From: Candidatus Multivorans sp.
GTDB taxonomy: Bacteria; Acidobacteriota; Thermoanaerobaculia; Multivoradales; Multivoraceae
DNA: 64,000 bases
Direction: 5' to 3'
Assembly (NCBI GenBank): GCA_965208755.1
Contig: OZ242353.1
Span: 3,866,341 to 3,930,340, forward strand
The number at the start of each line of letters is the position of its first letter. Position 1 is the first letter of the stretch. Below the pieces are notes generated by a model. That model was given only the letters and a program-made list of their open reading frames with translations. It had not been told where the DNA came from and did not search any database. The position numbers were made by a program, and so were the translations under genes. Positions 10,786 through 20,357 of this stretch are shown in pieces.

Positions 10786-12001
10786 CTGCCTCCTCTGCGC
10801 TGCATGCGAGGTGGAGACCTTCCTCGACCTCGGCAGCACAGCGCTCGCCAACAAGTTCCCCAGCGCTGAAGGCCTGAGCCGGCCCGAACCGCGCTTCCCG
10901 CTCCGCGTCGGCTTCTGCCACGCCTGCGGACACGTCCAGCTTGTGGAGCGCGTGCCTCCCGCCGCGATGTTCACGGACTACCTCTACGTGTCGTCCGCCT
11001 CCGACACGCTGCGGGCCCACTTCGACGACCTGGCGGCCACGCTGACTGCCAGGCATGACCTCGCCGACGGCGGCCTGGTCATCGACATCGGCTGCAACGA
11101 CGCGTCGCTCCTCTGCTGCTTCCGCGACCGCGGCGCCCGGATCCTGGGCGTCGATCCGGCCGAGAACCTGGTCGAGTACAGCCGCGACACCGGGATCGAG
11201 CGCTACCGGGGGTTTTTCGGCGCCGACACCTCTGGCGAGATCGCGGCCCGCTGGGGCCGGGCGGCGCTGGTCACCGCGACGAACACGTTCCCGCATGTAC
11301 CCGACCTCTCAGGCTTCGTCGCCGGCCTCGACGCGGTCCTCGCGCCCGGCGGCGCCTTCGTTCTCGAGGCGCACTACCTGGTCGACCTGCTCGACCAGCT
11401 CGCGTTCGACACGGTGTACCACGAGCACGTCTCCTACTGGGCGCTGGGTCCGATGAAGCGGCTCTTCGAGGACCACGGCATGGAAGTCGTGCGGGCGGAG
11501 CGGCTGCCGATCCACCATGGCCAGCTCCGTGCCACCGTGATGCGCCGCGGCGAGGGCGAGGTGGACAGCAGCGTCGCCGAGGTCCTGACCGCCGAGACTC
11601 AGCTCGGCATCGACCGGTTCGACACCTGGCGCGCGTTCGCCGGGCGGGTCGGGCGGTTGAAGGCGGAGGTCATGGACTGCCTCAACGGCCTCAAGGCGGA
11701 CGGCGGGCGCCTCGCCGGCTATGGCGCTCCCGCCAAGGGCAGCACGCTGCTCGAGTTCTTCGGCGTGGGCCCGGACCTGCTCGACTTCATTGCCGACCGG
11801 AGCCCGCTCAAGCAGGGCCGCTACACCCCGGGCTCCCATATTCCGATCGTCGCGCCGGAGCGGCTCCTGGAGGAGCCTTCGCCCGACCACGTGCTGCTCC
11901 TGGCCTGGAACTTCGAAGAGGAAATCCTCGCCCAGCAGGCCGAGTTCCGCCGCCGCGGCGGCAGGTTCATCCTACCGGTGCCGGAAGTGCGGATCGTCTG
12001 A
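10778..12001 (+). CDS. SAM-dependent sugar C-methyltransferase (TylC3/NovU-like; N-terminal putative Zn-binding domain, class I MTase, C-methyltransferase C-terminal domain)
   Basis: N-terminal Cys cluster CLLCAAC...CHACGHV, a methyltransferase core DIGCNDASLL, about 407 aa. Start overlaps the kinase stop. Confidence 0.7.
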   Translation: MASCLLCAACEVETFLDLGSTALANKFPSAEGLSRPEPRFPLRVGFCHACGHVQLVERVPPAAMFTDYLYVSSASDTLRAHFDDLAATLTARHDLADGGLVIDIGCNDASLLCCFRDRGARILGVDPAENLVEYSRDTGIERYRGFFGADTSGEIAARWGRAALVTATNTFPHVPDLSGFVAGLDAVLAPGGAFVLEAHYLVDLLDQLAFDTVYHEHVSYWALGPMKRLFEDHGMEVVRAERLPIHHGQLRATVMRRGEGEVDSSVAEVLTAETQLGIDRFDTWRAFAGRVGRLKAEVMDCLNGLKADGGRLAGYGAPAKGSTLLEFFGVGPDLLDFIADRSPLKQGRYTPGSHIPIVAPERLLEEPSPDHVLLLAWNFEEEILAQQAEFRRRGGRFILPVPEVRIV

Positions 12002-12011
12002 GCCAGCGGCC

Positions 12012-12791
12012 GTGTTCCGTTCGCGATCGGGATCGGGAGCGGGAGCGGGTGTCGTGGCCCTCCTGCTCGTCTGCTTCGCATGCGCGGGGTCCGAACCGCC
12101 GCCCCGGGAGCCGCCCTATCGCGGCACCGCCTTCATCGACCCCGACTTGATCGTTGCTTCCGACCCCTCGGCGCTGCGGAGTCTCGACTACACGGGGCTT
12201 GACACTCGCAGGATGTTCGACCGGCGCGCGGACGCCTTCGTGCTGACCGATGCCTATCTGTTCAACGCGACCTTCGAGCGTGAGACGGTCGTGGAGGTCC
12301 AGGTCAACGCGGAGTTCGGCGACCCGGTTCTGGCCGAGCGGCATGCAGCCTTCTACGCCCAGGCCATCGGCCAACTGCCGGCGGGCCTGCGGACGCTGGT
12401 CGAGACTGTGTGGATTCACCGGGGCGACCAGCCCTTCGGCGGCGGCAACGACAACATCCTGATCCACACGGGAAAGGCGGCGGAGTACCTGCGCGACGGC
12501 GTGCTGGAGGAGATCCTGATGCACGAGGCCGCGCACACCTCCCTGGATCCGGTGTTTGCGGCTGCCGAAGATTGGTTGACCGCGCAGGCCGCGGACGGCG
12601 GCTTCATCTCCGACTACGCTCGCGAGCATCCGCGGCGGGAAGACGTCGCCGAGAGCTTCGGGCCCTTCTTCGCGGTCCGGCACCGCCCGGAGCGGATCTC
12701 CCGCGACATGGCGGAGACGATCCAGGCGACGATGCCGAATCGCATCGAGTTCTTCGACCGCCTGGAACTCGACATGAACCCAGTCAGGTAA
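12012..12791 (+). CDS. Secreted or lipoprotein HExxH zincin-like protein, hypothetical
   Basis: GTG start at 12012 gives a signal peptide VVALLLVCFACAG. HEAAH motif (ILMHEAAHT). The track ORF 11721-12791 is a run-on through the upstream gene end. Confidence 0.45.
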   Translation: MFRSRSGSGAGAGVVALLLVCFACAGSEPPPREPPYRGTAFIDPDLIVASDPSALRSLDYTGLDTRRMFDRRADAFVLTDAYLFNATFERETVVEVQVNAEFGDPVLAERHAAFYAQAIGQLPAGLRTLVETVWIHRGDQPFGGGNDNILIHTGKAAEYLRDGVLEEILMHEAAHTSLDPVFAAAEDWLTAQAADGGFISDYAREHPRREDVAESFGPFFAVRHRPERISRDMAETIQATMPNRIEFFDRLELDMNPVR

Positions 12792-12803
12792 CGGGCCGCC
12801 GCG

Positions 12804-14252
12804 TTACGGCTCGCGAAAGCTGTACAGCTTCGACCGCGTTCGCATGACCAGCCGGTCGCCGGCCAGCGCCGGAGACGCGAGGGTCATCTCGTCCAGCGGA
12901 TTCGCGTGGAGCTGCTCGAACTCGTCGCCGGTTCCGAACACGAAGGTCGTGCCGCCCTCGTCGGTGGCGAAGATGCGGTCGCGGTAGGCCCAGGGCGAGG
13001 TCGTGAAGTGGCCGTTCGAGTCATCGATTCGGGACCGGTACAGCCGTTCCCCGGTGGCCGCGTCGTAGCGGGCGAAGATGCCCCGGTCGTAGACGACCCA
13101 CAGGGAGCCCTTGTAGGCGACAGGCGTAGGGATGTAGGTGCCGGCGCGGTCGTCGTTCCAGACGACGAACTCGCTGCTCGTCTCGTCCTCTGCCAGGGTG
13201 AGATCGCCGCTGGCGCCGGGGCGGATCGCCGTGATCGGGCGGTTCTGGTCTCCATGAACGCCCGATGTCACGTACAGGAGACCCTCGTAGGCGAAGGGCG
13301 TCGGCACCGGCAGCAGCGAGTGCCGGTAGAGCCGCCACAACTCGCGGCCTATCGTGTCGTAGCTGATCGCCGTGTAGGGACCGAGCGCGACGATCTCGGT
13401 GCGCTCGTCGTGACGCCAGACGAAGGGCGTGGTCCAGGAGCTTCGGTGGTTGGGGGCGTGCGGAGCGGCGAGCCGTCCCCGGGCCGCGCGCCAGAACTCG
13501 CGGCCGTCCTGCTTGGAGAAGGCGGCGAGGAACGGGTGCTCCTGGTTGTCGTTCAGGATGACGACCAGGTCGTCCGTGAGGGCGGGCGAACCGCCGGTCC
13601 CGAAGTCCATGTAGATCTGGAACGGGTCCAGCCGCCGCTCCCAGCTCAGGTCACCGTCGACGGAGTAGGCCCACAGGCCGAGGCCGGTGACGTAGACGAA
13701 GATCGTCTCGCCGTCGGTGACCGGCGTCTCGGAGGCGAAGGTGTTCGTCGAGTGGCGGCCGCCGGGAGGCGGTCCGGCGAAGAAGGTGCGTCGCCAGAGT
13801 TCGGCGCCGTCCTCGAGCGACCAGGCGATCAACTGGTAGTCGAGATCGACCTCGTCGGGGAACTCGATGAAGCGTTCGTCGTGCCGCTTGAGGACTTCCT
13901 CCCACGGAAGCCCCTGCTCGCGGAGTTCGCGCATGAACTCGTTGCTGTACTCGGTGCCGAACTCCGGCCGCTTGGTCGCCTCGATCGACCTGGCCGCCGT
14001 GGTCAGGAACACGGTGTCGCCGACGACGATCGGCGACGACCAGCCGGAACCCGGCACGTCGATGCTCCATTCGACGTTCTCTGTGGTCGACCAGTGGAGC
14101 GGCAGCCGTTCGTTGTCCGAAACGGGGATGCCGTCCGGGCCACGGAAGCCGGGCCAGATTGGTGTCGGCGTCGGCTCGGCCGCCGGCTGCGCAAGCGCGG
14201 GTAGCGCTACGCACGGCAGGATGAGCGCGGCAGCGAGGAGGCAGCGGCGCAT
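12804..14252 (-). CDS. PQQ-like beta-propeller repeat protein (BamB-like), secreted
   Basis: Signal peptide MRRCLLAAALILPCVALPALAQP at the internal Met at 14252. Repeated propeller-blade W-x-x-x-G motifs. The track ORF extends to 14960 but the upstream part lacks a signal peptide and looks non-coding. Confidence 0.7.
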   Translation of the reverse strand: MRRCLLAAALILPCVALPALAQPAAEPTPTPIWPGFRGPDGIPVSDNERLPLHWSTTENVEWSIDVPGSGWSSPIVVGDTVFLTTAARSIEATKRPEFGTEYSNEFMRELREQGLPWEEVLKRHDERFIEFPDEVDLDYQLIAWSLEDGAELWRRTFFAGPPPGGRHSTNTFASETPVTDGETIFVYVTGLGLWAYSVDGDLSWERRLDPFQIYMDFGTGGSPALTDDLVVILNDNQEHPFLAAFSKQDGREFWRAARGRLAAPHAPNHRSSWTTPFVWRHDERTEIVALGPYTAISYDTIGRELWRLYRHSLLPVPTPFAYEGLLYVTSGVHGDQNRPITAIRPGASGDLTLAEDETSSEFVVWNDDRAGTYIPTPVAYKGSLWVVYDRGIFARYDAATGERLYRSRIDDSNGHFTTSPWAYRDRIFATDEGGTTFVFGTGDEFEQLHANPLDEMTLASPALAGDRLVMRTRSKLYSFREP

Positions 14253-14294
14253 GGCGCGGATGTTAGCCGCCGCCTCTGCGTTACGCTGACCCGC

Positions 14295-15254
14295 GTGGCT
14301 GGACAGGGAGCACCGACGGTTGCCGCCCTCGTCCTGAACTACAACGGGCGCGACATCACGTTGCAGGCGTTGGCGAGCCTCGAAGCGATGACCTACACCG
14401 CCTGCGAGTTGATCCACATCGACAACGGTTCCGGCGACGGTTCGTTCGAGGCGGTCGCCGCCGAGCACCCGGGTGTGACCCAGATCCGGGTCGAGGAGAA
14501 CCAGGGTGTGGTCTACGGCATGAACAAGGGGATCGCACTTGCCGTCGACCGCGGCGTCGACTACCTCCTGCTGCTCAACAACGACATCGAGGTCGAGCCG
14601 GACTTCCTCGACGAACTCGTCGCGGTAGCTGAGGCTGATCCCGCTATCGGCTGCGTGGGTCCGAAGATCCTCTACCACGGCGAGCGGGACAGGTTGTGGT
14701 CTGCCGGCGGCCGGATTCGCTTTCGCGAGTCGATGACCCGGGAGCGCGGCGAAGGCCAGGTCGATCGCGGCCAGTACGACCGCGACGAGGAAGTGCCCTA
14801 CGTCAACGGCTGCGCGATGCTGGTGCGCCGCTCGGTCGTCGAGGAGATCGGCCTCTGGGATCCGCTGTTCCATCTGGCCCTCGACGACGCGGACTGGTGC
14901 ATGCGGATGAAGGCACGCGGCTACCGCTGCTACTACGCGCACCGGGCCGTGCTCTACCACATGGTTGCGCGGACGGTAGGCGGGTATCGGGCTTCGCGGA
15001 CGTTCTTCAACGGCCGCAGCGCCGCGCTGTTCGTGCGCCGCTACGGCGGGCCACTCCAGTGGTGCTCATTCCTCCTGTTTCTCTCGGCGGGCCTCTTCCT
15101 GGCCTTCTTTCGCGAACTCGTCCGCGGCAACCAGGGCGCCGTGATCGCCAAGCTCCGCGGCGTGGTCGAGGGCCTCCGGGCGCCGATGGCGCCGCCGCCG
15201 GGGGTCGACCCTCGGGAGGACCAGGCGCAGGCTGCAGGCTCCGGCTCGTTATGA
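14295..15254 (+). CDS. Glycosyltransferase family 2
   Basis: ALVLNYNGRDITLQAL...IDNGSGDGS...LLLNNDIEVEPDFL, GT2 GT-A fold. GTG start. Confidence 0.8.
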   Translation: MAGQGAPTVAALVLNYNGRDITLQALASLEAMTYTACELIHIDNGSGDGSFEAVAAEHPGVTQIRVEENQGVVYGMNKGIALAVDRGVDYLLLLNNDIEVEPDFLDELVAVAEADPAIGCVGPKILYHGERDRLWSAGGRIRFRESMTRERGEGQVDRGQYDRDEEVPYVNGCAMLVRRSVVEEIGLWDPLFHLALDDADWCMRMKARGYRCYYAHRAVLYHMVARTVGGYRASRTFFNGRSAALFVRRYGGPLQWCSFLLFLSAGLFLAFFRELVRGNQGAVIAKLRGVVEGLRAPMAPPPGVDPREDQAQAAGSGSL

Positions 15255-15269
15255 CAGTATTGCAGCCTT

Positions 15270-15557
15270 ATGGTGGTGCGTGCGACCTACTCACTCGACG
15301 AAGCTACCGTTCGGCGCCTTCGGCGAACGGCGGAGCGGCTCGGAAAACCCCAGAGCCAGATCGTTCGCGAGGCGATCGCCGACTATGCGGCCCGTTGCGA
15401 CAGGCTGAGCGAGGTCGAGCGGCTCAGGATGCTGGAGGTGCTCGGCCGACTGCGCAGCGCGCAGGTGACGGGCTCGGCGGAGGCTGTCGAGGCCGAGTTG
15501 CGTGAGATCCGCGAATCCCGTCGCGTCGGCTGGGACCGCGAGTCCGATCGGCGATGA
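15270..15557 (+). CDS. vapB: Ribbon-helix-helix (CopG/VapB-like) antitoxin
   Basis: 95 aa with an RHH-like N-terminus (SLDEATVRRLRRTAERLGKPQSQIVREAIADY). ATGA overlap with the downstream PIN gene. Confidence 0.65.
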   Translation: MVVRATYSLDEATVRRLRRTAERLGKPQSQIVREAIADYAARCDRLSEVERLRMLEVLGRLRSAQVTGSAEAVEAELREIRESRRVGWDRESDRR

Positions 15558-15928
15558 TCCACCTTGACACCTCGGCCCTGGTGGACGCTCTGGTGTCTCC
15601 TCACCGTTCGTTCGACCGGCTGATGTCCTTCGTTGAGGACGGCCACCGTTTGTGCATCTCCACACTGGTTCTGTACGAGTGGCTGCGCGGTCCGCGAACG
15701 GTGGCGGAGCGACTGGCGCAGGAGCAGATCCTGCCGGCCGCTGCCGCCGTGCCGTTCGACGCCGAGGCCGCGGCCCGGGCTGCCGAGATCTACGAAGTCG
15801 TCTCGCGGCCCCGCCGCCGCCAGGCGGACATCGCGATCGCGGCGTGCGCCCTGGTTCAGGGCGCCGCGCTCTGGACGCTCAACGAGCGCGATTTCGCGGA
15901 TGTACCCGAGCTGGAGATCGTCCAGTAA
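15554..15928 (+). CDS. vapC: PIN-domain ribonuclease toxin VapC
   Basis: MIHLDTSALVDAL ... acidic PIN residues ... TLNERDFADVPELEIV, classic VapC. Confidence 0.8.
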   Translation: MIHLDTSALVDALVSPHRSFDRLMSFVEDGHRLCISTLVLYEWLRGPRTVAERLAQEQILPAAAAVPFDAEAAARAAEIYEVVSRPRRRQADIAIAACALVQGAALWTLNERDFADVPELEIVQ

Positions 15929-15933
15929 CCCCG

Positions 15934-16484
15934 TCTTGAAGAACCTGCGCGAGGACACGCGCCGGCTGCGCGCGATCAAGACCAAGCCGTTCCCCTTCTA
16001 CGTGCTCGAGTCGCTGCTGTTCGAGAACGGCTACCAGGCCGTCGTCCTCTACCGGATCGCCCACTGGTTCAAGAGCCGCCGCGTTCCGGTGCTGGGGCCG
16101 TTCGTCGCCCGGCTCTCGCTGTTTCTCAACAGCGTCGACATCGCGCCGGGGGCCCGCATCGGACCGGGTCTGTTCATCAGCCACGGCATCGGCCTGGTGA
16201 TCGGCAACGGCGTGCGCATCGGGCGAAACGGAACGTTGCTCCACCAGGTCACGATCGGCGCCCCGACCGGCCGGCGGCTGGACCAGATGCCGACCCTTGG
16301 CGACAACGTCTTCGTCGGCGCCGGCAGCCGGCTGATCGGAAGCATCGAGATCGGCGACGACGTCTTCATCGGCGTGAACTGCGTCGTGACCGAGGACATC
16401 CCGGCCGGCACGAAGGTCACGACGACCGCTGGTCTGCTGCTCAAAGCCGGCGGCGGCACCCCGACCGACGGGGAGAGCGAGTAG
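15934..16484 (+). CDS. Hexapeptide-repeat acyltransferase, serine O-acetyltransferase (CysE/WcaB)-like
   Basis: Left-handed beta-helix hexapeptide repeats (IGPGLFISHGIGLVIGNGVRIGRNGTLLHQVTIGA...). Probable TTG start at 15934 giving MKNLREDTRRL, a typical short-SAT N-terminus. An ATG at 15900 is the alternative. Confidence 0.65.
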
Positions 16485-16582
16485 GACGCCGCGCCGCGGG
16501 AAGAGGGGGTGCCGTCGATGTCGGGGAGCGCATTGGTACGCTTGGGAATCGGATTTGGGAACACTGAGGAGCCGCCGCTCTG

Positions 16583-16843
16583 ATGATTGAAGTCAGTCGC
16601 TTCTACGGGATCGTCGTCGAGATGGAGTGTGGAGACACCCCTCCGGCCCACTTCCACGTCCGATACGGCGGTGCGGTCGCGTTGATCGGCATCGAGAAGA
16701 TGACCATGCTGAAGGGCCGCCTCCCGCCGCGCGCCCTCGGTCTGGTGATGGAGTGGGCTGAGTTGCACCGGGGCGAGTTGCGGCAGGCCTGGAAACGGGG
16801 GCAGCGCTCGGAAGACCTGGGGAAGATCGCGCCGCTGGAGTGA
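16583..16843 (+). CDS. DUF4160 family protein
   Basis: MIEVSRFYGIVVEMECGDTPPAHFHVRYGG matches the DUF4160 N-terminal signature. No DUF2442 partner is present. Confidence 0.65.
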   Translation: MIEVSRFYGIVVEMECGDTPPAHFHVRYGGAVALIGIEKMTMLKGRLPPRALGLVMEWAELHRGELRQAWKRGQRSEDLGKIAPLE

Positions 16844-16932
16844 GTGGTAGGCCACTCTGGTGGCTGCGCTCATCGCTGGAAGTGACTACGATCGACTGAC
16901 GACCGGCGGTCGGATTCACAGGAGGAACCAGG

Positions 16933-17877
16933 ATGAATCAACGAGTACCAGCAGCGACGCTTGCGTTCGTGGGGACGCTCTTCGTCTCGACGGGTTGCGG
17001 TGGCCAGCAGTTGGTCTACCGGCTCGACCCCGAGTTCGGCACCCGGTACGCGGGTAGCACGACGACGGAGACGCGGACGCAGACCCAGATGCAGGGAATG
17101 GACATCGAAGTATCGATCACGATGCGGATGGATCACGACGTGGTGTTCGAGGCGGGATCGGACGACACGGTGGTCGGGCGCTACACGACGACATCCGTGT
17201 CGGTGGAGATGGGCGGTATGCCTGGCCTGGATCAGATGCCGTTCGACCTGAACGACCTCTACCAGGGGATGGTCGGCGTGACCTTCACCTTGGTGATGAC
17301 CCGTGGCGGCGAGATGGTCGAGTTCGATGGGCTCGAGGCGATGATGGACGTCATGCTGGGTCGGCTGGAGGCGCCGGACGAGCTTCGCGCCATGATGGGC
17401 CAGTTCCTTGAAGGGAACTTCGGAGAAGACCAGATCAAGCAGATGGCCGGGCAGTCCGGTCTCTCAATGCCCGATCATCCGGTGGCGGTCGGGGACGCCT
17501 GGACGGATTCGGTGAGCGCTCTCGGCATCGACATCGAGACGACGTACACGCTGACTGACCGAAGCGACGGCCTGGCGGCCATCGATGCGACGGCGACGGT
17601 TTCGGGAGCCGATGATGCCGGCTTCGAGTTTCCGGGCGTCCCGAGCGTGCCCGGCATGGAGATGCGCTTCGAGAATCTGTCTGGTGCGCTGGAAGGCTCG
17701 TACGAACTCGACGAGTCGACCGGGCTGACGTCGGCCTACAGCATGAACATGACCATGGACACCGACATGGTGATGGAGATGCCTCAGGCGGAAGGTCAGC
17801 CGCCTGGCGCCTCTTCCATGTCCATATCCATGTCGATGGAGACGTCAGTGGAGGGGACGCTCGGCAAGGCTGAGTAG
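16933..17877 (+). CDS. Lipoprotein, hypothetical (Met-rich)
   Basis: Signal peptide with lipobox LFVSTGCGG. RBS AGGAGGAAC upstream. Confidence 0.55.
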   Translation: MNQRVPAATLAFVGTLFVSTGCGGQQLVYRLDPEFGTRYAGSTTTETRTQTQMQGMDIEVSITMRMDHDVVFEAGSDDTVVGRYTTTSVSVEMGGMPGLDQMPFDLNDLYQGMVGVTFTLVMTRGGEMVEFDGLEAMMDVMLGRLEAPDELRAMMGQFLEGNFGEDQIKQMAGQSGLSMPDHPVAVGDAWTDSVSALGIDIETTYTLTDRSDGLAAIDATATVSGADDAGFEFPGVPSVPGMEMRFENLSGALEGSYELDESTGLTSAYSMNMTMDTDMVMEMPQAEGQPPGASSMSISMSMETSVEGTLGKAE

Positions 17878-17985
17878 TGCGCACCAGTTGACGCACCTCG
17901 CCGGGCCGCGGTTTGGCGTCCCGGGGCGCCGGGAGACCATGTATTCTCGGCTCGCGCGTGGGGCCACTGCCCGCGTGCCTCCGCG

Positions 17986-19458
17986 ATGGTGGCGGTCGAG
18001 CATCACGTAACCGACCAGAAGGCCCGAGGGGCCTACTACACACCACCTGAGACCGCCGCCGCGCTGGTCCGGTGGGCCGTTCGAGACCCTGACGAGCACA
18101 TGCTCGACCCGTCCTGCGGCGACGGCCGGTTCCTCGCGCTACATCCCCGCAGCACCGGTGTCGATTGCGACGCCACGGCAGTCTCCAGTGCAACCGAGGC
18201 GGCACCTCGCGGAACCGTAGAGTGTGCGGACTTCTTCGATTGGGCCGCGTCCACGACGCAGCGCTTCGATTGCGCGGCCGGCAACCCCCCCTTCATCCGC
18301 TACCAGCGGTTCACCGGCGAGACGCGACGTCAGGCCCTGAAACTCTGCGCTACGTTGGGCGCCAAGTTGTCGGGGCTCTCGTCGTCCTGGGCACCGTACC
18401 TGATCGTGACCGCTTCTCTGCTTCGGCCCGGCGGCCGGATGGCTTTCGTCGTGCCAGCTGAGATCGGCCATGCTCCCTACGCGGCCCCGGTCCTCGACTG
18501 GTTCGCGGGTCACTTTGACGATGTGCAGTTGGTTCCGGTCCGGAAGAAGCTGTTCGCGGACCTGTCGGAAGATGTCTGGCTTCTCTACGCCGATGGCTTC
18601 GGCGGGAGGACGGGCCACTTCGACCTCGCGCTCCACGAGCGTTTCGTGTTCCGGTCCGAACCGCCGATAGCCGACACGCGCGTGTCGGTCCGAGAGTGGC
18701 GTCGCTGGGGCTCTCGGCTCCGGCCGATGCTCTTGCCGAGCAGGATTCGCGACGCCTACGAGAGGCTCAGAGACTCCGACCTGACCACCCCGCTCGGGCG
18801 AGTGGCCGGCGTAGGCATCGGCTACGTTTCCGGCGCCAACGACTTCTTCCACCTCCGCCCATCGGAGGCGGAGGAGTTGGGTATCCCGACGGAGCTGTTT
18901 CGCCCAACGGTCCGAAGCGGCCGGGAACTCCAGGCCGGGGCGATCACCGATGAGACGGTTGCAGGTTGGCGAACCAACGACAGGCCGAATTTCCTGCTGG
19001 CGCTCGGCCCCGAGACACCGCTGCCCGACACGGTCAGCCGTTACCTGGATTCACCTCGTGGCATCGAAGTCAGGAAGCGCTACAAATGTCGCATCCGAAC
19101 TCCGTGGTACGCGGTGCCCCATGTGTCCGTGCCCGACCTCTTTCTCTCGTACATGAGTGGAGAAGGGCCCGCCCTGGTCGAGAACCAGGCTCGTTGCACC
19201 TGTACGAACGCGGTCCATGGCGTCCGTCTGAACGACAGAGGCGTCACTGCGTCTCACCTCCGCCGGCGGTGGGAGACGACTCTGACTCGTCTCAGTTGCG
19301 AGATAGAGGGCCATCCGTTGGGCGGCGGCGTGTTGAAACTGGAGCCGCGCGAGGCGTTGAATGTTCTTGTGTGTCTGGAGGGCGACCTGGATGCCGGCGA
19401 TGAGCGCGGCCTGAAGGAGGGAGTCGAGACTCTGCGCCGGTGGCGGCACCGTGGCTAG
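17986..19458 (+). CDS. Gamma-class N6-adenine DNA methyltransferase (type II, M.TaqI/Eco57I-like) with a C-terminal target-recognition domain
   Basis: ARGAYYTPPE (motif X/I), DPSCGDGRFL, and NPPF (motif IV). Confidence 0.8.
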   Translation: MVAVEHHVTDQKARGAYYTPPETAAALVRWAVRDPDEHMLDPSCGDGRFLALHPRSTGVDCDATAVSSATEAAPRGTVECADFFDWAASTTQRFDCAAGNPPFIRYQRFTGETRRQALKLCATLGAKLSGLSSSWAPYLIVTASLLRPGGRMAFVVPAEIGHAPYAAPVLDWFAGHFDDVQLVPVRKKLFADLSEDVWLLYADGFGGRTGHFDLALHERFVFRSEPPIADTRVSVREWRRWGSRLRPMLLPSRIRDAYERLRDSDLTTPLGRVAGVGIGYVSGANDFFHLRPSEAEELGIPTELFRPTVRSGRELQAGAITDETVAGWRTNDRPNFLLALGPETPLPDTVSRYLDSPRGIEVRKRYKCRIRTPWYAVPHVSVPDLFLSYMSGEGPALVENQARCTCTNAVHGVRLNDRGVTASHLRRRWETTLTRLSCEIEGHPLGGGVLKLEPREALNVLVCLEGDLDAGDERGLKEGVETLRRWRHRG

Positions 19459-20338
19459 ACAGACGAACCGTTGTCGCTGGATCGGCCTCTCCGAGGCTCT
19501 CGACGCGTTTGTCTCTGTGCCCGGAAAGTCCCAGAGTCAGGCCCACATCCGGCCCCTACACTGGTACACCGCTTGCCGGCTCGTGGTTGAAGGCGGCTTT
19601 CACCCGGACGACATCGTTCCACGACCGCCTTTCTCGGTGCGCCGCTCGCGTGGCGGCCATGTTCTGGTTCACGACCCGGAAAGCGCGGCGGGAGGTGAGT
19701 TGACGGTGCTGGGAGGCTTGAAGACAAAGGACGTGGATGTCGTCGTCAGCAAGCCAGGCATCGGCCCCTGTGTTGCCGTGTCGATCAAGGGCACGCTGAA
19801 TGCCTTTCGTAACCTGACAAACCGCATGGAGGAAGCGGTCGGCGACTGTACGAACCTGCACATCTCCTACCCGAACCTGGTCTACGGGTTCCTCCACGTC
19901 ATTCGCGCCAACCGGGAAGGCCCCTTGGCGCGCGATGCGGCGCACTTCCTCAAAGCTGACGGTGCGGGCAACGTCGCCGCCAACGACATCGCCATCCGGG
20001 ATGACGGCGGAGTGGCCGAATCGATCGTTCGCTACCACGATGTTCTTCTTGGTCTCACCGGCCGCGACGGCGTGCGGAACGACATCTCGCGTTACGAGGC
20101 GCTGGCGCTGGCTCTGGTCGATCCGGAGAATCGAGCCGTGCTCCCGGACTGGCCGTCGGCCGAAAGCCCGCTTTGCATCGAGAAGTTCATGGACGCGATC
20201 TACCGCGCGTACGACCAGCGCTACGTTTACGCCGCGCCCAAGCTGGCGAAACGAACCGCCAGGTTCGCCTGGCGGGCCGACTCCCCGGCGTTCGCCGAAC
20301 CGTTGGCGGCAGCGTTCGCGCGACGGCTGGGGCACTGA
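19451..20338 (+). CDS. Hypothetical protein, possibly the cognate restriction endonuclease of the adjacent methyltransferase
   Basis: 295-aa ORF whose start overlaps the MTase stop by 8 nt. Candidate PD-(D/E)xK-like stretch HDPES...ELTVLGGLKTKDVDVVVSK. No confident family match from sequence alone. Confidence 0.4.
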   Translation: MARQTNRCRWIGLSEALDAFVSVPGKSQSQAHIRPLHWYTACRLVVEGGFHPDDIVPRPPFSVRRSRGGHVLVHDPESAAGGELTVLGGLKTKDVDVVVSKPGIGPCVAVSIKGTLNAFRNLTNRMEEAVGDCTNLHISYPNLVYGFLHVIRANREGPLARDAAHFLKADGAGNVAANDIAIRDDGGVAESIVRYHDVLLGLTGRDGVRNDISRYEALALALVDPENRAVLPDWPSAESPLCIEKFMDAIYRAYDQRYVYAAPKLAKRTARFAWRADSPAFAEPLAAAFARRLGH

Positions 20339-20357
20339 GATCACCTGAGCCGAAGAG

